DNA of 64,000 nucleotides. It comes from Heterodontus francisci. Taxonomy: Eukaryota. Shown here piece after piece: positions 54,501-64,000 of this stretch (the stretch's first letter is position 1; each line of letters begins with the position of its first letter). The stretch lies in assembly GCF_036365525.1 (NCBI RefSeq), contig NC_090399.1, positions 46,222,430 to 46,286,429 on the forward strand. Reading direction: 5' to 3'. Position numbers and translations under genes: made by a program. Under the pieces are notes generated by a model that made no database searches, was not told the DNA's origin, and worked only from the letters and a program-made list of their open reading frames with translations.

Positions 54501-57500
54501 AGAGAATCACAGGTGAAACAGAGAGAATCACAGGTGAAACAGGGAGAATCACAGGGGAAACACAGGGGAAACAGAGAGACACAGGGGAAGCAGAGAGACA
54601 CAGGGGAAGCAGAGAGACACAGGGGAAACAGACAGTCACAGGGGAAACACAGAGACACTTGGGAAACAGAGAAAAACAGGAGAATCACAGGGGAAACAGA
54701 GAGACACAGGGGAAACAGAGTGTCACAGGGGAAACAGAGAGACACAGCGGAAACACAGGGAAAACAGAGAGACACAGGGAAACAGAGAGAATCACAAGGG
54801 AAACAAAATAAATACAGGGGAAACAGAGAGACACGGGGAAAGAGAGAAACACAAGGGAAACAGAGAGATACAGCGGAAACAACGAGGCACGGGGGAAAAA
54901 GAGAAAAACAGGGGAAACACAGGGGAAACACAGGGGGTACGGAGAGACACAGGGGAAACAGAAAGTCACAGGGGAAACAGAGAGATACAGGGGAAACAGA
55001 GAGTCACAGGGGAAACAGAGAGACACAGCAGCAACACAGGGAAACAGAGAGACACAGGGGAATCAGAGAGTCGCAGGGGAAACAGAGAGACACAGGGGAA
55101 ATAGACAGTTGCAGGGGAAACAGACAGAGGCAGGCGAATTGGAGAGACACAGGCGAACAGAGAGACACAGGCGAAACTGAGAGACACAGGTGAAACAGAG
55201 AGACACAGGAGAAACACAGGGGAAACAGAGAGACGCAGGGGAAGCAGAGAGACACAGGGGAAGCAGAGAGACACAGGGGAAACAGACAGTCACAGGGGAA
55301 ACACAGAGACACTTGGGAAACAGAGAAAAACAGGAGAATCACAGGGGAAACAGAGAGACACAGCGGAAACACAGGGAAAACAGAGAGACACAGGGAAACA
55401 GAGAGAATCACAAGGGAAACAAAATAAATACAGGGGAAACAGAAAGTCACAGGGGAAACAGAGAGATACAGGGGAAACAGAGAGTCACAGGGGAAACAGA
55501 GAGACACAGCAGCAACACAGGGAAACAGAGAGACACAGGGAAACAGAGAGACACACGATAAACAGAGACACAGGGGAAACAGTGAGACACAGGGGAAACA
55601 GACAGTCACAGGGGAAAAAGACAGACACTTGGGAAACAGAGGGGAAACAGACAGACACAAGGGAAACAGAGAGACACAAGGGAAACACAGAGACACAGGG
55701 GAAACAGAAAGTCACTGGGGAAACAGAGAGACACAGGGGAAACAGAGAGACACAGGGGAAACAGAGAGTCACTGGGGAAACAGAGAGACACAGGCAAAAC
55801 CGAGAGACACAGGCTAAACCAAGAGACACAGGCTAAACCAAGAGACACAGGCGAAACAGAGAGACACAGGCGAAACAGAGAGAATCACAGGGGAAACAGA
55901 GAGAATCAAAGGGGAAACAGAGAGAGACAAAGGGAAAACAGAGGAACACAGGGGAAAAGAGAGACGCAGGGGAAAGAGAGAAACAGGGGAAAAAGAGAAA
56001 CACAGGGGAAACAGATAGTTGCAGAGGAAACAGAGAGACAAAGGGGAAACAGAGAGCCACAGGGGAAGCAGAGAGACAGGGGAAACACAGAGACACTTGG
56101 GAAACAGAGAAAAACAGGGGAAACACAGGGGAAACACAGAGACACAGGGGAAACAGAGAGTCACAGGGGAAACAGACAGTCACAGAGGATGCAGAGAGAC
56201 AGAGGGGAAACGGAGAGACACAGCAGAAACACAGGGGAAACAGACAGACACAGGGATTACAGAGAGAAATAGCGGAAAGACAGAGACACAGGGGATACAG
56301 TGAGAAATAGGGGAAAGAGAGGGACACAGGGGAAAGAGAGAGAAATAGGGGACAGAGAGAGAAATAGGGGAAACAGAGTCACAGGGGAAACAGAGAGAAA
56401 TAGCGGAAAGAGAGAGACACAGGGGATACAGTGAGAAATAGGTGAAAGAGAGAGACACAGGGGAAAGAGAGAAAAATAGGGGAAAGAGAGGGACACAGGG
56501 GATGCAGTGAGAAATAGTGGAAAGATAGAGACACAGGGGAAACAGAGAGAAATAGGGGAAAGAGAGAGACACAGGGGAAAGAGAGAAAAATAGGGGAAAG
56601 AGAGGGACATAGTGGAAACAGAGAGAAATTGCGGAAAGATAGAGACACAGGGGAAAGAGAGAGAAATAGGGGAAAGAGAGAGACACAGGGGAAAGATAGA
56701 GACACAGGGGAAACAGAGAGACATAGGGGAAAGAGAGAGACACAGGGGAAAGAGAGAGACACAGGGGAAAGAGAGGGACACAAGGGAAAGAGAGAGAAAT
56801 AGGGGAAAGAGAGAGACACAGGGGAAAGAGAGAGACACAGGGGAAACAGAAAGTCACTGGGGAAGCAGAGAGACACGGGGGAAGCAGAGACACAGGGGAA
56901 GCAGAGAGACACAGGGGAAGCAGAGAGACACAGGGGAAACAGTGAGAATCACAGGGGAAATACTGAGAATCACAGGGGAAACAGAGAGTCACAGGGGAAA
57001 CAGAGAGAATCACAGGGGATACAGAGAGAATCACAGGTGAAACAGAGAGAATCACAGGTGAAACAGGGAGAATCACAGGGGAAACAGACAGTCATAGGGG
57101 AAACACAGAGACACAGGGGAAATGGAGAAACACAGGGGAAACACAGGGGCAACAGAGAGACACAGGGGAAAAACGGGGGAAACACAGGGGGTACAGAGAG
57201 ACAAAGGGGAAACAGAGAGCCACAGGGGAAGCAGAGAGACACAGGGGAAAGAATGAGACACAGGGGAAACAGTGAGAATCACAGGGGAAACAGAGAGTCA
57301 CAGGGGAAACAGAGAGTTGCCGCGGAAACAGAGAGACACAGGGGAAACAGAGAGAATCACAGGGGATACAGAGAGAATCACAGGTGAAACAGAGAGAATC
57401 ACAGGGGAAACAGACAGTCATAGGGGAAACACAGAGACACAGGGGAAATGGAGAAACACAGGGTAAACACAGGGGCAACAGAGAGACACAGGGGAAACAG

Positions 57501-60500
57501 ACAGTCACACAGGAAACACAGAGACACAGTGGAAACAGAGATTCACAGGGGAAACAGGCAGTCACAGTGGTAACAGAGATTCACAGGGGAAACAGAGAGA
57601 CACAGGGGAAACAGAGAGTCACAGCGGAAACAAAGAGACACAGGGGAAACAGAGAGACACAGGAGAAACACAGGGGAAACAGAGAGACACAGGGGCAACA
57701 GAGAGACACAGGGGAAACAGACAGTCACACAGGAAACAGAGAGACACAGTGGAAACAGAGATTCACAGGGGAAACCGGCAGTCACAGTGGAAACAGAGGT
57801 TCACAGGTGAAACAGAGAGACACAGGGGAAACAGAGAGTCGCAGGGGAAACAGAGAGACACAGGGGAAACAGACAGTTCCAGGGAAACAGACAGAGGCAG
57901 GCGAATTGGAGAGACACAGGCGAACAGAGAGACACAGGCGAAACTGAGAGACACAGGTGAAACAGAGAGACACAGGAGAAACACAGGGGAAACAGAGAGA
58001 CACAGGGGAAGCAGAGAGACACAGGGGAAACACAGAGACACTTGGGAAACAGAAAAAACAGGAGAATCACAGGGGAAACAGAGAGACACAGGGGAAACAG
58101 AGCGTCACAGGGGAAACAGAGAGACACAGCGGAAACACAGGGATAACAGAGAGACACAGGGAAACAGAGAGAATCACAAGGGAAACAAAATAAATACAGG
58201 GGAAACAGAGAGACACGGGGAAAGAGAGAAACACAAGGGAAACAGAGAGATACAGCGGAAACAACGAGGCACGGGGGAAAAAGAGAAAAACAGGGGAAAC
58301 ACAGGGGAAACACAGGGGGTACGGAGAGACACAGGGGAAACAGAAAGTCACAGGGGAAACAGAGAGATACGGGGGAAACAGAGAGTCACAGGGGAAACAG
58401 AGAGACACAGCAGCAACACAGGGAAACAGAGAGACACAGGGAAACAGAGAGACACACGATAAACAGAGACACAGGGGAAACAGTGAGACACAGGGGAAAC
58501 AGACAGTCACAGGGGAAACAGAGAGACACAAGGGAAACACAGAGACACAGGGGAAACAGAAAGTCACTGGGGAAACAGAGAGACACAGGGGAAACAGAGA
58601 GACACAAGGGAAACACAGAGACACAGGGGAAACAGAAAGTCACTGGGGAAACAGAAGACACAGGGGAAACAGAGAGACACAGGGGAAACAGAGAGTCACT
58701 GGGGAAACAGAGAGACACAGGGGAAACATAGAGATACAGGGAAACAGAGAGACACAGGGAAACAGAGAGACACAGGGGAAACAGAGAAAAACAGGGGAAA
58801 CAGACAATGCTGGGGAAACAGACAGATACAGGCAAAACAGAGAGACACAGGCGAAACCGAGAGACACAGGCTAAAGCGAGAGACACAGGCTAAACCAAGA
58901 GACACAGGCAAAACCAAGAGACACAGGCTAAACCAAGAGACACAGGCGAAACAGAGAGACACAGGCGAAACAGAGAGAATCACAGGGGAAACAGAGAGAA
59001 TCAAAGGGGAAACAGAGAGAGACAAAGGGAAAACAGAGGAACACAGGGGAAAAGAGAGACGCAGGGGAAAGAGAGAAACAGGGGAAAAAGAGAAACACAG
59101 GGGAAACAGATAGTTGCAGAGGAAACAGAGAGACACAGCGGAAAGAGAGAGAATCACAGGGGAAAGAGAGAGAATCACTGGAAACAGAGAGACACAGGGG
59201 AAACAGAGAGACGGGGAAACACAGAGACACTTGGGAAACAGAGAAAAACAGGGGAAACACAGGGGAAACACAGAGACACAGGGGAAACAGAGAGTCACAG
59301 GGGAAACAGAGAGTCACAGGGGAAACAGACAGTCACAGAGGATGCAGAGAGACAGAGGGGAAACAGAGAGACACAGCAGAAACACAGCGGAAACAGACAG
59401 ACACAGGGATTACAGAGAAAAACAGGGGAAGCAGAGAGTCGCAGGGGAAACAGAGAAACAAAAGGGAAACAAACAGTTTCAGGGGAAACAGACAGAGACA
59501 GGCGAATCGGAGCGACACAGGCGAAACAGAGACACACAGGCCAAACTGAGAGACACAGGGGAAACAGAGAGACACAGGAGAAACACAGGGGAAACAGAGA
59601 GACACAGGGGAAACAGAGAGAAATAGGGGAAAGAGAGAGAAATCGGGGGAACAGAGTCACAGGGGAAACAAAGAGACACAGGGGAAACAGAGAGACACTG
59701 GGGAAAGAGAGAGAAATAGGGGAAACAGACAGACACCGGGGAAACAGAGAGACACAGGGGAAACAGAGAGAAATAGGGGAAAGAGATAGAAATCGGGGGA
59801 ACAGAGTCACAGGGGAAACAGAGAAATAGGGGAAACAGAGAGACACATGGGAAACAGAGAAACACAGGGGAAACAGTGTCACAGGGGAAACAGAAAGAAA
59901 CAGGGGAAACAGAGAGACACAGGGGAAACAAAGAAACACAGGGCAAAGAGAGAGACACAGGGGAAAGGGAGAGATGCAGGGTAAAGAGAGAGACGCAGGG
60001 GAAAGAGAGAGACACAGGGGAAAGAGAGAGACACAGGTGAAACAGAGAGAAATGGGGGAAAGTGAGAGAAATAGGGGAAACAGAGTCACAGTAGAAACTG
60101 AGAGAAATAGGGGACAGAGAGAGACACAGGGGAAAGAGAGAGACGCAGGTGAAAGAGAGAGAAATAAGGGACAGAGAGAGAAATAGGGGAAACAGAGTCA
60201 CAGTGGAAACAGAGAGAAATAGCGGTAAGATAGAGACACAGGAAAAAGAGAGAGAAATAGAGGACAGAGAGAGACACAGGGGAAACAGAGAGAATCACAG
60301 GGGATACAGAGAGAATCACAGGTGAAACAGAGAGAATCACAGGGGAAACAGACAGTCATAGGGGAAACACAGAGACACAGGGGAAATGGAGAAACACAGG
60401 GTAAACACAGGGGCAACAGAGAGACACAGGGGAAACAGACAGTCACACAGGAAACACAGAGACACAGTGGAAACAGAGATTCACAGGGGAAACAGGCAGT

Positions 60501-63500
60501 CACAGTGGTAACAGAGATTCACAGGGGAAACAGAGAGACACAGGGGAAACAGAGAGTCACAGCGGAAACAAAGAGACACAGGGGAAACAGAGAGACACAG
60601 GAGAAACACAGGGGAAACAGAGAGACACAGGGGCAACAGAGAGACACAGGGGAAACAGACAGTCACACAGGAAACAGAGAGACACAGTGGAAACAGAGAT
60701 TCACAGGGGAAACCGGCAGTCACAGTGGAAACAGAGGTTCACAGGTGAAACAGAGAGACACAGGGGAAACAGAGAGTCGCAGGGGAAACAGAGAGACACA
60801 GGGGAAACAGACAGTTCCAGGGAAACAGACAGAGGCAGGCGAATTGGAGAGACACAGGCGAACAGAGAGACACAGGCGAAACTGAGAGACACAGGTGAAA
60901 CAGAGAGACACAGGAGAAACACAGGGGAAACAGAGAGACACAGGGGAAGCAGAGAGACACAGGGGAAACACAGAGACACTTGGGAAACAGAAAAAACAGG
61001 AGAATCACAGGGGAAACAGAGAGACACAGGGGAAACAGAGCGTCACAGGGGAAACAGAGAGACACAGCGGAAACACAGGGATAACAGAGAGACACAGGGA
61101 AACAGAGAGAATCACAAGGGAAACAAAATAAATACAGGGGAAACAGAGAGACACGGGGAAAGAGAGAAACACAAGGGAAACAGAGAGATACAGCGGAAAC
61201 AACGAGGCACGGGGGAAAAAGAGAAAAACAGGGGAAACACAGGGGAAACACAGGGGGTACGGAGAGACACAGGGGAAACAGAAAGTCACAGGGGAAACAG
61301 AGAGATACGGGGGAAACAGAGAGTCACAGGGGAAACAGAGAGACACAGCAGCAACACAGGGAAACAGAGAGACACAGGGAAACAGAGAGACACACGATAA
61401 ACAGAGACACAGGGGAAACAGTGAGACACAGGGGAAACAGACAGTCACAGGGGAAACAGAGAGACACAAGGGAAACACAGAGACACAGGGGAAACAGAAA
61501 GTCACTGGGGAAACAGAGAGACACAGGGGAAACAGAGAGACACAAGGGAAACACAGAGACACAGGGGAAACAGAAAGTCACTGGGGAAACAGAAGACACA
61601 GGGGAAACAGAGAGACACAGGGGAAACAGAGAGTCACTGGGGAAACAGAGAGACACAGGGGAAACATAGAGATACAGGGAAACAGAGAGACACAGGGAAA
61701 CAGAGAGACACAGGGGAAACAGAGAAAAACAGGGGAAACAGACAATGCTGGGGAAACAGACAGATACAGGCAAAACAGAGAGACACAGGCGAAACCGAGA
61801 GACACAGGCTAAAGCGAGAGACACAGGCTAAACCAAGAGACACAGGCAAAACCAAGAGACACAGGCTAAACCAAGAGACACAGGCGAAACAGAGAGACAC
61901 AGGCGAAACAGAGAGAATCACAGGGGAAACAGAGAGAATCAAAGGGGAAACAGAGAGAGACAAAGGGAAAACAGAGGAACACAGGGGAAAAGAGAGACGC
62001 AGGGGAAAGAGAGAAACAGGGGAAAAAGAGAAACACAGGGGAAACAGATAGTTGCAGAGGAAACAGAGAGACACAGCGGAAAGAGAGAGAATCACAGGGG
62101 AAAGAGAGAGAATCACTGGAAACAGAGAGACACAGGGGAAACAGAGAGACAGGGGAAACACAGAGACACTTGGGAAACAGAGAAAAACAGGGGAAACACA
62201 GGGGAAACACAGAGACACAGGGGAAACAGAGAGTCACAGGGGAAACAGAGAGTCACAGGGGAAACAGACAGTCACAGAGGATGCAGAGAGACAGAGGGGA
62301 AACAGAGAGACACAGCAGAAACACAGCGGAAACAGACAGACACAGGGATTACAGAGAAAAACAGGGGAAGCAGAGAGTCGCAGGGGAAACAGAGAAACAA
62401 AAGGGAAACAAACAGTTTCAGGGGAAACAGACAGAGACAGGCGAATCGGAGCGACACAGGCGAAACAGAGACACACAGGCCAAACTGAGAGACACAGGGG
62501 AAACAGAGAGACACAGGAGAAACACAGGGGAAACAGAGAGACACAGGGGAAACAGAGAGAAATAGGGGAAAGAGAGAGAAATCGGGGGAACAGAGTCACA
62601 GGGGAAACAAAGAGACACAGGGGAAACAGAGAGACACTGGGGAAAGAGAGAGAAATAGGGGAAACAGACAGACACCGGGGAAACAGAGAGACACAGGGGA
62701 AACAGAGAGAAATAGGGGAAAGAGATAGAAATCGGGGGAACAGAGTCACAGGGGAAACAGAGAAATAGGGGAAACAGAGAGACACATGGGAAACAGAGAA
62801 ACACAGGGGAAACAGTGTCACAGGGGAAACAGAAAGAAACAGGGGAAACAGAGAGACACAGGGGAAACAAAGAAACACAGGGCAAAGAGAGAGACACAGG
62901 GGAAAGGGAGAGATGCAGGGTAAAGAGAGAGACGCAGGGGAAAGAGAGAGACACAGGGGAAAGAGAGAGACACAGGTGAAACAGAGAGAAATGGGGGAAA
63001 GTGAGAGAAATAGGGGAAACAGAGTCACAGTAGAAACTGAGAGAAATAGGGGACAGAGAGAGACACAGGGGAAAGAGAGAGACGCAGGTGAAAGAGAGAG
63101 AAATAAGGGACAGAGAGAGAAATAGGGGAAACAGAGTCACAGTGGAAACAGAGAGAAATAGCGGTAAGATAGAGACACAGGAAAAAGAGAGAGAAATAGA
63201 GGACAGAGAGAGACACAGGGGAAAGAGAGAGACGCAGGTGAAACAGAGAGAAATAGGGGAAACAGAGTCACAGTGGAAACAGAGAGAAATAGCTGAAAGA
63301 TAGAGACACAGGGGCAAGAGAGAGAAATAGGGGAAAGAGAGAGACACAGGGGAAAGATAGAGACACAGGGGAAACAGAGAGAAATAGGGGAAAGAGAGGG
63401 ACACAGGGGTAAGAGAGAGAAATAGGGGACAGAGAGAGAAATAGGGGAAACAGAGTCACAGGGGAAACAGAGAGAAATAGCGGAAAGAGAGAGACACAGG

Positions 63501-64000
63501 GGATACAGTGAGAAATAGGGGAAACAGAGAGACACAGGGGAAACAGAGAGAAAAATAGGGGAAAGAGAGGGACACAGGGGATGCAGTGAGAAATAGTGGA
63601 AAGATAGAGACACAGGGGAAACAGAGAGAAATAGGGGAAAGAGAGAGACACAGGGGAAAGAGAGAAAAATAGGGGAAAGAGAGGGACACAGTGGAAACAG
63701 AGAGAAATTGCGGAAAGATAGAGACACAGGGGAAAGAGAGAGAAATAGGGGAAAGAGAGAGACACAGGGGAAAGATAGAGACACAGGTGAAACAGAGAGA
63801 CATAGGGGAAAGAGAGAGACACAGGGGAAAGAGAGAGACACAGGGGAAAGAGAGAGACACAGGGGAAAGAGAGAGAAATAGGGTATACAGAGAGTCACAG
63901 GGCAAACAGGGAGAAATAAGGGAAAGAGAGAAACACAGCGGAAAGAGAGATAAATAGCGGAAACGGAGAGTCACAGGGGAAAGAGAGAGAAATAGGGTAA
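24600..64000. repeat. Purine-rich 19-21 bp satellite, >39 kb, with higher-order duplications; runs off the window
   Basis: Units ACAGGGGAAACAGAGAGAC (19 bp), CACAGGGGAAACAGAGAGAAT (21 bp) and ATAGGGGAAAGAGAGAGAA variants throughout; no unique sequence seen. Confidence 0.98.

Noticed and set aside
24417-64000. Hundreds of long ORFs (e.g. 718 aa at 25651-27807) rich in RENHRGN or SLCFPCV
   Set aside because: They are translations of a stop-poor satellite that is open in several frames on both strands, with no domain content.

Overview
Vertebrate genomic DNA, most likely from a cartilaginous fish (inferred from the repeat families and the shark-like MHC sequence). The only host gene I can support is a minus-strand MHC class I heavy-chain-like gene. 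Four exons join with canonical GT-AG phase-1 splice sites into one open frame: alpha2 (23169-22897), alpha3 (22110-21847), transmembrane (12929-12825) and cytoplasmic/stop (12561-12449). Most classical peptide-anchor residues of alpha2 are substituted, so it looks non-classical. No leader or alpha1 exon is visible. Upstream lie LINE debris and more than 39 kb of a purine-rich 19-21 bp satellite with kb-scale higher-order duplications (about 24.6 kb to the window end). The rest of 1-24.6 kb is nested mobile DNA: CR1 and L2-like LINEs (one near full length with a tRNA-like head), three tRNA-derived SINEs, a hAT MITE, Harbinger remnants, a deleted Gypsy-like LTR element, two palindromic elements and three minisatellites. 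Almost all ORFs in the supplied track are repeat artefacts.
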